A DNA stretch of 53,825 nt from a candidate division WOR-3 bacterium (GTDB taxonomy: Bacteria; Hydrothermota; Tepidihabitantia; Tepidihabitantales; CAIPLT01): assembly GCA_965649215.1 (NCBI GenBank), contig CBFGJZ010000009.1, positions 1 to 53,825 of the forward strand, written 5' to 3'. Within the stretch, counting starts at the first letter, position 1, and each line of letters opens with the position of its first letter. Below, in pieces: positions 39,858-49,778 of this stretch. The translations under genes were made by a program, and so were the position numbers. A model generated the notes under the pieces. It saw only the letters and a list, made by a program, of their open reading frames with translations, did no database searches and was not told the origin of the DNA.

Positions 39858-40490
39858 TTATAAATTAAAATTTCCATCGTCATCAATCCAATCAGCTTGT
39901 TCAGTCAGTGTTAAAGTTATCGTTGCGCCATCGGCATCTTCGTAGGTACCAGGTTTTGCCGTATTTTCGACTTCAATTTTCTGCCATAAAGTTAAAGTCA
40001 GATCATTGTCTTCCATTGGTGTCATACCATTTAAAGTTAAAACATCAACCCAATCATCTTCATCAATATCACCTGGATCATTAATTGCATTAGTTCCGTC
40101 GTCCAAATAATAAGATATTGGTATATCGCTCGCACCAGTTTTAGTTAAGTCATTAAAATCATTAAAATCAACTGAAACAATACCATTGCTTTCAAAGTGA
40201 AGTTCTGGTCCGATACCCGCAAAAGTACCTGGTCTACGAACATAATGAGTAATTGTCGTGCCGCCTGTAAAACTATAACTAATCCACTGTCCAACTTCGG
40301 CTTCGTTATAAAGAACTATTGTATTAGCTGGTTTGGTAGTATCAACGGAAATATCATCACCAGTTCCAATTTTTAGGCATCGCGCAGTATTGCCACTTTG
40401 AAGCACCCAGTCAGAACCATTCCACCACCAGACATCAAATGCAAAAACAAACGCTACGCACAAAATTAAGAGCAAGCAAATCTTTTTCAT
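39858..40490 (-). CDS. Secreted acidic beta-rich protein, pilin/WxL-like
   Basis: Start MKKICLL (40490, RBS AAGGGGGTG); Sec signal; C-terminal LTLWQKIEVENTAKPGTYED...TITLTL resembles the last strands of Csu/WxL-type subunits. The function is inference. Confidence 0.6.
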   Translation of the reverse strand: MKKICLLLILCVAFVFAFDVWWWNGSDWVLQSGNTARCLKIGTGDDISVDTTKPANTIVLYNEAEVGQWISYSFTGGTTITHYVRRPGTFAGIGPELHFESNGIVSVDFNDFNDLTKTGASDIPISYYLDDGTNAINDPGDIDEDDWVDVLTLNGMTPMEDNDLTLTLWQKIEVENTAKPGTYEDADGATITLTLTEQADWIDDDGNFNL

Positions 40491-40798
40491 AATTTCACCC
40501 CCTTTCACATTGATTTATTGTCCAGCAAAAAAGTTAACAGTATAAAATAGGGTATAAACACCCTTCTGCCAGAACTGAGATAATATAAAAACAATTGATA
40601 ATTCTTAACTCTCTTTAATACCTTTTTAATTATATTCTCTACCCCCGCTCTCTTTGTGCTACCTCGCCAAATCATTTTTTTGCCCTTCTCCTTCAAATAA
40701 TTAATATGATTAGACGCTCTTATTAAACATTTTTTAAAATAATTTTACTTAATTCTTTTTGACACAATTATTTTTTGCCACAAATAATTTACATATTA

Positions 40799-40826
40799 AT
40801 TTTAATATTTTTTTATATTTTGTCAA
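40799..40826 (-). promoter_or_regulatory. Candidate sigma70 promoter of the pilin-like/secretin operon
   Basis: Minus strand TTGACA (40826-40821), 16 nt, TAAAAT (40804-40799). The region is very AT-rich, so a chance match is possible. Confidence 0.45.
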
Positions 40827-41516
40827 GTATAAGTTTATAATTTACAATATTATGAAAAAAACTGAAATGATATTAACAATTTCATAATAAAAAAATAATT
40901 ATTTGATAAACTCTATAAGAAGTTAATTAATACCCGCCGATATCGATAAAATATAGTTAATTTTGTATCATATAAAATAACATAAAATAAGTATTTATAA
41001 TGAAATAAGTTATGATATTACAGTTGAAAAGTAGTTAGCATAGATTTATAAAATTTTTAAAAACTTTCTCATTATCAGTAGGGGGGTATAAAAAATCATC
41101 TAATTTTTGTGCGATTATTTTGTAACTAATATTACAACTCACTTTACATAAAGTTAATATAATAAGTTGTGCTGCTGTTATCTTTTTATGCTTAAATCTT
41201 ATCCCTAAATTTCATTCTCTCGTATCTTCTAACTCAGTGTTATGGTTTTGATAAGCCATGTAGATTAAACACTTTTATTTGTTTTGCTAATTTAGGATGG
41301 TAACATTAAAGTTTCAATTTTTATTGGGATAGCAGAAATTAACTTTTTCCTACTTGTTGCTAATCATCCAAACTTCTCTGGCACTTGCATACCCCATCCT
41401 CCCCACACTCGCCTTTCTATTCGGTAAAATCCCAATTAGTTCTTGGTAGTTAAGATCTTAACTCAATTTACTGTGTAAAATTTAACTACCATTTTAGTAT
41501 ACATCCCTAAGAGTAA

Positions 41517-41987
41517 TTAGTTAACGATAAGCTGTTTAAGAAAATCAATAATTTTACTTTTAACTGCTGATACTTCAGGACTTAATACTTCCCCAAATGT
41601 CAATGATTTTGGTTGGATGCCTAAAAGAGAGATTTTTGAGTTAGTCTGCTTTCTAATCAATTCAATAGTCAAAGTCAATGGCAAAGTATGAGTTGATAGA
41701 AAACCATAAGCAATATCATTGATTTCATCACCATCAAATAACCTAAATTCACCAGCCTGGGCTTTAAAATCACAGGCATCAATAAATATAACCCAATCCG
41801 CTTTCTTATCAATAACTTTATCAAGATAATTCTCGGGTGATGATTCAGTATCATAGATAAAAACTTCTTTATTAATAACCTTTATCAGACCTTTTGTTAA
41901 CATCTCTTTTAATTCAGTAGCCACAATACTTCCAATGCCATCATCGCCGCGCAGGCGATTACCGACTCCTAAAATTACTATTGTCAT
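41517..41987 (-). CDS. Hydrogenase maturation protease (HycI-like)
   Basis: ILGVGNRLRGDDGIG, PEN, IFIDA, STHTLPL, LLGIQP. Confidence 0.92.
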   Translation of the reverse strand: MTIVILGVGNRLRGDDGIGSIVATELKEMLTKGLIKVINKEVFIYDTESSPENYLDKVIDKKADWVIFIDACDFKAQAGEFRLFDGDEINDIAYGFLSTHTLPLTLTIELIRKQTNSKISLLGIQPKSLTFGEVLSPEVSAVKSKIIDFLKQLIVN

Positions 41988-42027
41988 TAGCTAAATTATC
42001 TTTTGAGTTGAGTTAATAATTTTGAAC

Positions 42028-42408
42028 TTATGGTAAGACGGCAATGGCTTCAATTTCCACACACGCACCTTTAGGTAAAGCACTCACTTGAATTGTTGCG
42101 CGAGCAGGATAATCTTTAGTAAAATACTGATTATAGACATTATTCATTTCCGCAAATTTCCCTAAATCGGTCAGATACACCGTAGTTTTTATAATATCGT
42201 CAAATGATAAACCAACACTTGCTAAAATGGCTTGGAGATTAGAAAAAATCTGTTTTGTTTCGGCAACTATTCCACCACTCACTAAATTTCCACTGTTTGG
42301 CTCAATACCCAAAGTGCCGGAAATGAATACCAATTTATCAACTATTACCGCTTGACTATACGGACCAATCGGTTTTGGTGCTTGGTCAGTAAAGACAATC
42401 TTCTTCAT
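42028..42408 (-). CDS. ridA: RidA family reactive-intermediate deaminase
   Basis: APKPIGPYSQA, KTTVYL, MNNVY, PARATIQVSALPKG, VEIEAIA. Confidence 0.93.
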   Translation of the reverse strand: MKKIVFTDQAPKPIGPYSQAVIVDKLVFISGTLGIEPNSGNLVSGGIVAETKQIFSNLQAILASVGLSFDDIIKTTVYLTDLGKFAEMNNVYNQYFTKDYPARATIQVSALPKGACVEIEAIAVLP

Positions 42409-42415
42409 AATAATA

Positions 42416-43309
42416 TTAAGAGACCAGATTACCTAATGCCAAAGAATACATTTTAGTCTCTTTGGTATCAGACCGGGAAAGCATCACCACAGGTTTTTTG
42501 GCACCGACGATAATGCCACAGATTTTCGCATTACCTAAATATTGGAGACCTTTACACATAATATTACCAGTTGCAATTGAAGGCACAATTAAAATATCCA
42601 CATCACCCGAGATTTTGGTCTTCACTTTTTTAACTGCAGCAGCATATGGTGAAAATGCCACATCCATTGCTAATGGTCCTTCAATCGTCACATCACCAAA
42701 CGCACCTTCTTCACCCATCCGAGTGATAACTGCCCAATCCAAAGTCTCTTCCATACCTAAAGTCACTCGTTCAATTGCAGAAAGCAAAGCAATTTTAGGA
42801 TTCTTTAAACCAAGGGTAGTTGCCAAACTAACCGCATTACGCACAATCTCAATCTTTTTCTTTAAGTCTAAATCAACATTGATACCACCATCGGAAACAA
42901 ACAAAATTTTATGATATAAAGTCGGCTCTAATAAAGCAACATGACTGAGCAGTCGCTCTTCTCGTAAGCCCAACCTTTCATCTAAAACACCGCGTAAAAA
43001 GTTAGATGTGGTTACTTGTCCCTTCATTAGGAAATCGCCATTTTGGGCAACTTCACTCACGGCTCTACTAATCGCTTCTTTTTCATTTTGGCAGTCAACA
43101 ATCTCAAAGATATCACTGGGAATATTCAGTTTTTTGGTGATATTTAAGATATCGGCTTTACGTCCAAAAAGCACACCTCGGGCAATACCTTCTTTTTGAG
43201 CATCATATAATGCTTGAATTGTCGGTTCATCTTCCGCACAAGCAACAACACACCTTCTCACACCCCGTGCTTTGGTCATCTCAATCATTTCTGAAAACTT
43301 CTTAAACAT
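42416..43309 (-). CDS. ptb: Phosphate butyryl/acetyltransferase
   Basis: LMKG, LLSHV, SDGGIN, PKIALLSAIE, EGPLAMD, GNIMCK, GAKKPVVMLSRSD. Confidence 0.88.
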   Translation of the reverse strand: MFKKFSEMIEMTKARGVRRCVVACAEDEPTIQALYDAQKEGIARGVLFGRKADILNITKKLNIPSDIFEIVDCQNEKEAISRAVSEVAQNGDFLMKGQVTTSNFLRGVLDERLGLREERLLSHVALLEPTLYHKILFVSDGGINVDLDLKKKIEIVRNAVSLATTLGLKNPKIALLSAIERVTLGMEETLDWAVITRMGEEGAFGDVTIEGPLAMDVAFSPYAAAVKKVKTKISGDVDILIVPSIATGNIMCKGLQYLGNAKICGIIVGAKKPVVMLSRSDTKETKMYSLALGNLVS

Positions 43310-43317
43310 ATATTACA

Positions 43318-43377
43318 AGCATACTTAATTTTATCTCATCCGTCAAGGGTTGACAATCAAACCGAACTCATTACAAT
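43318..43377. promoter_or_regulatory. Back-to-back promoters for ptb and 43415..44245
   Basis: Minus: TTGACG (43346-43341), 17 nt, TATGCT (43323-43318). Plus: TTGACA (43350-43355), 16 nt, TACAAT (43372-43377). Confidence 0.6.
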
Positions 43378-43414
43378 AGAATAATGCCCATTTTATCATC
43401 GCAAAGGAGTTGGT

Positions 43415-44245
43415 ATGAAAAAAATTCTTTATCTAATAATTCTTATAATCCTGATTATGGGGTGCAAAATGAAACCAAGCGGTCAAAATCATAAACCCAA
43501 TTTCTGGCATAAAGACGGTTATTGTAAACAGACTAACATTGACTTATCAAAAATTGACCAAAAGATTATCCGAGCCAAAATTGAAGGCAAATGGCAAGAC
43601 TTTAAGATCCAAGAACTACCCGATGCGTTTATGGAATGGAGTATCAAGCATCGTTTAGAAACCTTAAAGCGCATTAAAACCGGTGGAATGCCAGAACTCG
43701 CGGGTTCGCATAATGGGATGGTCGCATCGCACGGACTAAGACGGAGTGACGCTTCGTTTTCCATAAATAATGCAGTTAAAGGTATGGGCTTTTTGCCAAA
43801 ACCTGATAAAATTGAACAGATTCTATCCCAATTAAAAGCCACTTTTGATGCCCCCCTTGAACAAAAACTTGCCTATTTAGAAAGTCTTTATCAGAACAGC
43901 AACGAAATCTTTGACCGCACCAAACAGACATCTTTAGAATTATACGCCACGCCAGAATTTGAAACCCATACTTTCTTAAATCAGATGACTGACCCTGGTG
44001 TTGCGATTGTCTTTTTAGACTTCCCTTCTTTTGAACTTAGAGCCATAACTCAACTCGTCCATCCCCAAGATCCTAGTCTCTCGCAATATGAAAAAAATGT
44101 CGTCGATTATATCAATACCATCCACGACTATTTTCATGCTCCCTCGCCACGAGCGTCCATTGCGGTTATCTATCATATCATTGAAGTCTTTGACAATACT
44201 CCTGGTAAAGCCCGTGGCAAACGAATTACCCCACCCCTCTTATAA
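43415..44245 (+). CDS. Hypothetical lipoprotein, possibly FMN-binding split-barrel-like
   Basis: Lipobox IMGC after a hydrophobic stretch; RBS AAGGAG. The fold guess rests on INNAVKG...HTFLN...EVFDNTPG...GKRI and is weak. Confidence 0.65.
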   Translation: MKKILYLIILIILIMGCKMKPSGQNHKPNFWHKDGYCKQTNIDLSKIDQKIIRAKIEGKWQDFKIQELPDAFMEWSIKHRLETLKRIKTGGMPELAGSHNGMVASHGLRRSDASFSINNAVKGMGFLPKPDKIEQILSQLKATFDAPLEQKLAYLESLYQNSNEIFDRTKQTSLELYATPEFETHTFLNQMTDPGVAIVFLDFPSFELRAITQLVHPQDPSLSQYEKNVVDYINTIHDYFHAPSPRASIAVIYHIIEVFDNTPGKARGKRITPPLL

Positions 44246-44247
44246 AA

Positions 44248-44685
44248 ATGGAAGAGATTGGCAAAATTATTGAAGTAAAAGACAATATCGTAGTAATTGA
44301 AATCACACCGACTGATGGTTGCGCTCGATGCAGTCAAGTCAATATCTGTCATCCTGCGGGTAAAAGCAAAAAAACGATTGAACTCCCCAACACCATCAAT
44401 GCTCAAGTCAATGATTGGGTAAAAATTGAAATTTCCGAAAAACATCGGGCTTTAGCAATCTTTTTAGTGTTAGGACTGCCCATTTTATTATTACTATCAG
44501 GTGTTTTAGTTGGCAGTCATTTCCAATCTGACTTACTTGTCTTTATTGGCGGAACGATTGGTTTACTGATTGGTTTTATTATCGTGAAAATCATAAATAA
44601 CTATCTTAGCCGCAAAGGAAAAAATCTCGCCTTCTTAAAAGCAAAAATACCCTGTCCTTCTAATCTGAGTGATAAGAATAATTAA
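44248..44685 (+). CDS. RseC/MucC family membrane protein
   Basis: MEEIGKI, CxxCxxxxxC, two C-terminal transmembrane segments. Confidence 0.85.
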   Translation: MEEIGKIIEVKDNIVVIEITPTDGCARCSQVNICHPAGKSKKTIELPNTINAQVNDWVKIEISEKHRALAIFLVLGLPILLLLSGVLVGSHFQSDLLVFIGGTIGLLIGFIIVKIINNYLSRKGKNLAFLKAKIPCPSNLSDKNN

Positions 44686-47096
44686 ATATTCGTATCTTTT
44701 TCTACGGTCCGATACACTTTCCAAGTATTTGCCAGTTCTCTAAGTCGTTCGTTGACCAAATAATTTATGGTTCCCTTCGGATAATTACCTGTCTTACCCT
44801 TTGTACCGGCTTGAAGACCCGTTAAGATTTCAATCCCTTCGTCAATTGTCTTGACCGCATAGATATGAAACTTACCTGCTTTTACTGCTTCGATTACCTC
44901 ATTGCGTAACATTAAATCTTCAATATTCGCAGCTGGGATAATGACGCCTTGGGTGCCTGTTAAACCTTTTGCCTTACAGACCGCATAGAATCCTTCGATC
45001 TTTTGATTAACACCACCAATCGGTTGCACTTCACCTTTTTGATTAACTGAACCTGTTACTGCCAAATCTTGCCGTAACGGTACATTAGCTAAGCTAGAAA
45101 GCAATGCATAAAGCTCTGCTGATGATGCACTATCACCTTCAACACCACCATAAGATTGTTCAAAACATAAACTTGCACTCAATGCCAAGGGTTTATCTTG
45201 GGCATAGCGGTCACGTAAAAATCCTGAGAGAATATAGACCCCTTTATTATGAATTGGACCTGACAATTCGGCTTCTCGCTCAATATTAATAAGACCCGAT
45301 GCACCAACCCCAATTTTAGCCGTGATGCGAGAAGGTTTACCAAACGAGTATTCACCCGTATCATAAACCGATAAGCCATTGACTTGACCAACCACCGCGC
45401 CTTCCGTATCAATAAAGATTGTACCTTGTTCAATCATTTCTTGGATCTTTTCTTCAATTAATTTAACCCGTTCGATCCGCTCGTTAATTGCTTTTTCAAC
45501 ATGTTTTCGGCTGACTATTTGGAGATGTTCTTTAATTGCCCAATAATTTGCTTCTTTTAAGATATCGGTAATAATATTAAATTGAGTGGACAAACGATTC
45601 TTCCGCCCAGCCAAGCGAATGCCTTCTTCAATAATCAATGCGATTGCGGTCTTATCAAAGACTTGTAATTTCTCTTTTGCACAAATCGCTTTAATCACTT
45701 TGGCATATTGTTTAATAGAATTTTCATTAAGCGGCATCACCCAATCAAAATCAGCACGCACCTTAAAAACTTTCTTAAAATCTTCGTCATGCTCATAAAG
45801 AAGGTTATAGATAAAAGTATCCCCAATCATAATCACTTTCAAATCAATCGGAATCGGTTCTGGTTTCATTCCTGAAACAGACATCATGGATAACGGATCA
45901 ACCGCGGATATCTCCAATAAGCGATTGCGTAAAGTTCTTTTTAAAGTTGCCCAGACCCCAGGTTCTAATAATGCATCTAAGGCATTGATTACTAAAAAGC
46001 CACCATCTGCTTTCAAGAGCGAACCCGCTTTAATTTTTGTAAAGTCTGTCCGCCACTGTCCCCGGCGATCCCATACCCGCTCAATCGTCCCGAAAAGATT
46101 CTTATAAGTTGGGGTATTTTCAAAAATTACCGGTGCCCCAACCTCTTTCGAATTATCCACCAAAACATTGACTCGAAACTCTAAAAACGGGTCAATATCG
46201 GACGGTATCGGTTTTTTCTCTTGGGGTAAAAATCGCTCAATATTGGCAACAATCTCTTCTTCCACTTGCTTTAGATAATTATCAATCTTGGGATTCTTAA
46301 AAGTCTCTTTAATCTCTTTAATGCGTTCGCCGACAATTGGTTTAATTGTCTCTTCATCTAATTTTGCCAAGGCTTCCCGCGTTGCTTTTTCCACTTCGCG
46401 AATTTTCTTAAACACTTTATCCAATTCGTCTAAATACTTATAATAATTATCCCGTGCTTTTTCGTATTCTTCTTTGCTAATCTTTTGCTCCTCATACAAA
46501 CTGGTGATACCAGCTAAATTATATTGCTGTTCGCCAAAAAGATAGACTAATTCAGGTCGCCCAATGGGCATAGTTTGAACTAAAGCAAAATTATCAGCGG
46601 CAACTTGCTTTTCAAACTCCCGAGCAATCAGTTGCGATTGTTCCTTAAAACTTTCTACTAATTGGGTCTTTTTGCGTTGATAACTATCGCTTTCCAAAAC
46701 CAACGGAATATTTTTAACCAGATAATCAATCAACTCATTCATTGCGCGTTGGAACTCATCACCTTTACCGGCCGGTAAACGGATTAAAATCGGTGCGTCC
46801 GGGTCATCAAAATTATTTACATATAAAATATCATCAGGCACTTTCTTGTTCTTTTCCAATTCATCTAATAAACATTTAACAGTCGTGGTCCGACCCGTGC
46901 CCACAAAACCCGTCACAAAAATATTATATCCTGATGATGGTATTTCTAAACCCAATCTGAGCGCATTGACGGCTCGTTCTTGACCAACAATCTCATGACA
47001 GATTTCTAATTCTTCGGTCGAATTAAAACCTAATTCTTCGGCGTTACAGATTCTTTTCAGTTGTTCAACTTTTACTTCCCATTGTTTAATGTCCAT
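44682..47096 (-). CDS. LonC-type S16 protease with AAA-like domain
   Basis: IVGQERA, GYNIFVTG, GTGRTT, KAGSLLKADGG, VGQVNGL, FEQSYGGVEGDSASSAE (catalytic Ser), PIGGVNQKIEGF (catalytic Lys). Confidence 0.93.
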   Translation of the reverse strand: MDIKQWEVKVEQLKRICNAEELGFNSTEELEICHEIVGQERAVNALRLGLEIPSSGYNIFVTGFVGTGRTTTVKCLLDELEKNKKVPDDILYVNNFDDPDAPILIRLPAGKGDEFQRAMNELIDYLVKNIPLVLESDSYQRKKTQLVESFKEQSQLIAREFEKQVAADNFALVQTMPIGRPELVYLFGEQQYNLAGITSLYEEQKISKEEYEKARDNYYKYLDELDKVFKKIREVEKATREALAKLDEETIKPIVGERIKEIKETFKNPKIDNYLKQVEEEIVANIERFLPQEKKPIPSDIDPFLEFRVNVLVDNSKEVGAPVIFENTPTYKNLFGTIERVWDRRGQWRTDFTKIKAGSLLKADGGFLVINALDALLEPGVWATLKRTLRNRLLEISAVDPLSMMSVSGMKPEPIPIDLKVIMIGDTFIYNLLYEHDEDFKKVFKVRADFDWVMPLNENSIKQYAKVIKAICAKEKLQVFDKTAIALIIEEGIRLAGRKNRLSTQFNIITDILKEANYWAIKEHLQIVSRKHVEKAINERIERVKLIEEKIQEMIEQGTIFIDTEGAVVGQVNGLSVYDTGEYSFGKPSRITAKIGVGASGLINIEREAELSGPIHNKGVYILSGFLRDRYAQDKPLALSASLCFEQSYGGVEGDSASSAELYALLSSLANVPLRQDLAVTGSVNQKGEVQPIGGVNQKIEGFYAVCKAKGLTGTQGVIIPAANIEDLMLRNEVIEAVKAGKFHIYAVKTIDEGIEILTGLQAGTKGKTGNYPKGTINYLVNERLRELANTWKVYRTVEKDTNI

Positions 47097-47127
47097 TATT
47101 CTACTCCTTGGATTTCTGAATTAAAAA

Positions 47128-47246
47128 ACAGGCGGTTGGGGCATTTCTTTTAGAGCTTATGTTTTATAAGTTATAATGAGGTCGGAGTACCTCAGGGTGC
47201 TCTGTTAAAGATTTGCTGTCCCGAATCGGGCGCTCCACAACCGCCT
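47128..47246. other. Structured intergenic element (candidate ncRNA or leader)
   Basis: Closed by AGGCGGTTG/CAACCGCCT with nested stems TCTTT/AAAGA, AGAGC/GCTCT, TGAGGT/ACCTCA and CCCG/CGGG. Confidence 0.5.
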
Positions 47247-47319
47247 TGGTAAATTTCCTTTTGCACGCTCCTTGTAATACAAACGCACATTGCTCTTGAT
47301 AAGCCAGCATAGTTATGTA

Positions 47320-47348
47320 AGTATAAAAACCCCCTCCTCATTTGTCAA
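47320..47348 (-). promoter_or_regulatory. Sigma70 promoter upstream of the LonC gene
   Basis: Minus strand TTGACA (47348-47343), 17 nt, TATACT (47325-47320). Confidence 0.7.
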
Positions 47349-47433
47349 TAACATTAAAAAAATTTTTATATCTGTAAACGCTCATCAGAAATGTTGACGA
47401 GTAAATAAAATTTAATTATGCTATATGATAATT

Positions 47434-48945
47434 ATGAAAACAATACCACAGGCTAACTTAACGATTCATGATTTAGTGCCGATTGCCAATGCTCAAATCA
47501 AAGTCAAATTAAATCCGCGTCAGATTTCTCAGATTAATAAAACTTTTCAATTTGTAAAAAAAATTCGGAATCAGGCTCAAGCAGTTTATGGCATTAACAC
47601 TGGTTTTGGCGCCTTAGCAAATGTCATTTTAGCCAAAGACCAACTGATAACCTTACAAGAAAACTTAATCGCTTCGCATGCAGTCGGCACCGGTCCTTAT
47701 TTAGATAAACGCATTATCCGCACAGCAATGTTTTTACGAGCCAATATGCTTGCCAAAGGTTATTCCGGTGTGCGACCAATTCTAATTCAAACGCTCTTAA
47801 CGCTCTTAAATCATGATCTCATTCCTTTAGTACCCGAGACTAGTTCAGTTGGCGCATCCGGTGATTTATCGCCCCTCGCTTTTATTGCCCGGGCGCTGTT
47901 AGGACATGGTGAAGTTTTATACCAAGATAAAACCATTCCTGCTAAACAAGCATTAAAACTGATTGGTCTGCGTCCTTTTCAATTAGAAATTAAAGAAGGA
48001 TTAGCATTAATCAATGGCACGGATGTGATGTCCGCGTCAGCAGCTTTGACTTTAGCCCAAGCCCAATATTTAACCAAATTAGAAACCCTTGCTTCGGCTT
48101 TAAGCATTGTTGCAATGCAAGCCAAAACTACACCCTTTGATTTACGCATTATGCAATTAAAACCCCATCCGGCACAAATTACGGTTGCTAAAAATCTCTT
48201 AAAATTACTTGCTGGTTATATCCCGGCAAGCAACAAAGTTCAAGATGCTTATTCATTGCGTTGTCTGCCCCAGTATGCCGGTGCCTCTCAGGAAGGGTTT
48301 AAATTTGCCAAACAGATTATTGAAACCGAAATCAACTCGATCTCTGACAACCCGATTATTGTCAAAAGCAATCAAACCAAAGACCAATATGAAATTGTCT
48401 CGGGTGGTAATTTTCATGGTCAAGCTTTAGCACTGGCTTTAGATACCATGGCAATTGCGCTCACCACAATCACTATCACATCTGAACGCAGGCTCTTTCG
48501 TATGCTTGATGACAAACTCTCTGGGCTTTCACCATTTTTAGTAGAAAACCCTGGGGTTAACTCGGGTCTTATGATGTTACAAGTATTAGCTGCGGCTTTA
48601 GTCAGCGAAAACAAAGTTTTAGTCCATCCCGCTTCAGTCCAATCCATTCCAACTTCTGCTTCGCAAGAAGACTTTGTCAGTATGGGCATGACTGCGGCCA
48701 ATAAAACTCGTCGGATTTTAGATAATGCGTTATCCGTGATTGCAATTGAACTGCTCTGTGCTCGGCAAGCAATTGAACTTGCCAAACGCAAACTGCCTCG
48801 CCGACTCAAACCATTCTATGGAATCCTTGCGGACACGATTCCTTATATTACCAATGACCGTTTATTTCAAGATGATATCATAAAAATTAAAAACCTTATT
48901 AACTCAGCAAGTTTTCAAAAATTAATTGACCATGCAATTCTCTGA
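47434..48945 (+). CDS. hutH: Histidine ammonia-lyase
   Basis: VYGINTGFG, SVGASGDLSPL (MIO Ala-Ser-Gly), KEGLALING, VQDAYSLRC, SGGNFHG, QEDFVSMG. Start 47434 preferred because 47425 sits only 2 nt after the predicted -10 box. Confidence 0.88.
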   Translation: MKTIPQANLTIHDLVPIANAQIKVKLNPRQISQINKTFQFVKKIRNQAQAVYGINTGFGALANVILAKDQLITLQENLIASHAVGTGPYLDKRIIRTAMFLRANMLAKGYSGVRPILIQTLLTLLNHDLIPLVPETSSVGASGDLSPLAFIARALLGHGEVLYQDKTIPAKQALKLIGLRPFQLEIKEGLALINGTDVMSASAALTLAQAQYLTKLETLASALSIVAMQAKTTPFDLRIMQLKPHPAQITVAKNLLKLLAGYIPASNKVQDAYSLRCLPQYAGASQEGFKFAKQIIETEINSISDNPIIVKSNQTKDQYEIVSGGNFHGQALALALDTMAIALTTITITSERRLFRMLDDKLSGLSPFLVENPGVNSGLMMLQVLAAALVSENKVLVHPASVQSIPTSASQEDFVSMGMTAANKTRRILDNALSVIAIELLCARQAIELAKRKLPRRLKPFYGILADTIPYITNDRLFQDDIIKIKNLINSASFQKLIDHAIL

Positions 48946-49735
48946 AGATTCCCGCTATGCTTTTGCGGTTGGACGCGTGCGTAGCAAAGAGACCGCGTTA
49001 CTAAAACGCAGCGATTATGAACGCTTACTCAATCTCACTAATGAAAATGAGATCTTAAACAATCTCAAAACCAACTGGCCACTAGAAAATCCGGAGCGCG
49101 AAAATCTCAATCTCAATCAACTCTTCCAACTTGCCGAAGCAGAAAATCAAGCATTCTTCACTACCTACTGCCTTGATGCTCAAGTGACCGAATTGATCTT
49201 AAACCCACACATGCTTAAAAGCAGTCAGTTGACCAATCAGTTAAAAAGTTTAGCCAACCAATTTCTCAATTTATATTTTCAAAGCTTTATTGATTTAGAA
49301 AATCTACGTAGTTTGTTGCGTATTAAAAACTTAGCCCAACGCGAAAAACAAGATTTAACAACTCAAAAGAAACTTTTAGCCAATGTCTTGCTTAATGGGG
49401 GCACGATTCAACTGATGAATTTCTTTGAACTGCTCGCAAGCAATTGGCAAGATATAATTCAGTGGTCAAACACCACCCCTTATCAAACTGTTGTTGAAGC
49501 CGGCATCAATTATTTATTAGAAAAGCGTTCGTTTCTCCGTTTCGAACGATTAGTTAATGAATATAAACAACAAATCCTTTTACTCAGTCGTTATTGCACT
49601 TTTGGTTATGAACCCTTAGTTGCTTATTATCTACTTAAAGAGAGCGAAATCCGTAACTTACGAAAAATTGCGTATGGTATTATTGAGCAGACTCCCAAAG
49701 ATGAAATCAAAGAAAGTATTGCCTGTGTATTATGA
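48932..49735 (+). CDS. V/A-type ATPase subunit C (short)
   Basis: YAFAVGRVRSKETALL, IDLENLRSLLR, FGYEPLVAYYLLKESEIRNLR; lies before subunits F, A, B. Start 48926 (TTG) or 48932 (ATG). Confidence 0.85.
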   Translation: MQFSEDSRYAFAVGRVRSKETALLKRSDYERLLNLTNENEILNNLKTNWPLENPERENLNLNQLFQLAEAENQAFFTTYCLDAQVTELILNPHMLKSSQLTNQLKSLANQFLNLYFQSFIDLENLRSLLRIKNLAQREKQDLTTQKKLLANVLLNGGTIQLMNFFELLASNWQDIIQWSNTTPYQTVVEAGINYLLEKRSFLRFERLVNEYKQQILLLSRYCTFGYEPLVAYYLLKESEIRNLRKIAYGIIEQTPKDEIKESIACVL

Positions 49736-49738
49736 GCG

Positions 49739-49767
49739 TTTACAAATTAACAATTTTAGATTATAAT
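49739..49767 (+). promoter_or_regulatory. Internal promoter before subunit F
   Basis: TTTACA (49739-49744), 17 nt, TATAAT (49762-49767). Confidence 0.55.
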
Positions 49768-49778
49768 AATCACTTAAC

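Noticed and set aside
40505-40696. 63-aa ORF upstream of the pilin-like gene
   Set aside because: TTG start, no clear RBS or recognisable motif, low-complexity sequence.
41160-41510. Non-coding stretch after the hydrogenase protease as pseudogene or ncRNA
   Set aside because: I found no recognisable protein remnant or convincing extended pairing.
42462-42914. 150-aa antisense ORF and the other short shadow ORFs in the track
   Set aside because: They lie within well-supported genes on the opposite strand or in another frame and show no independent signals.
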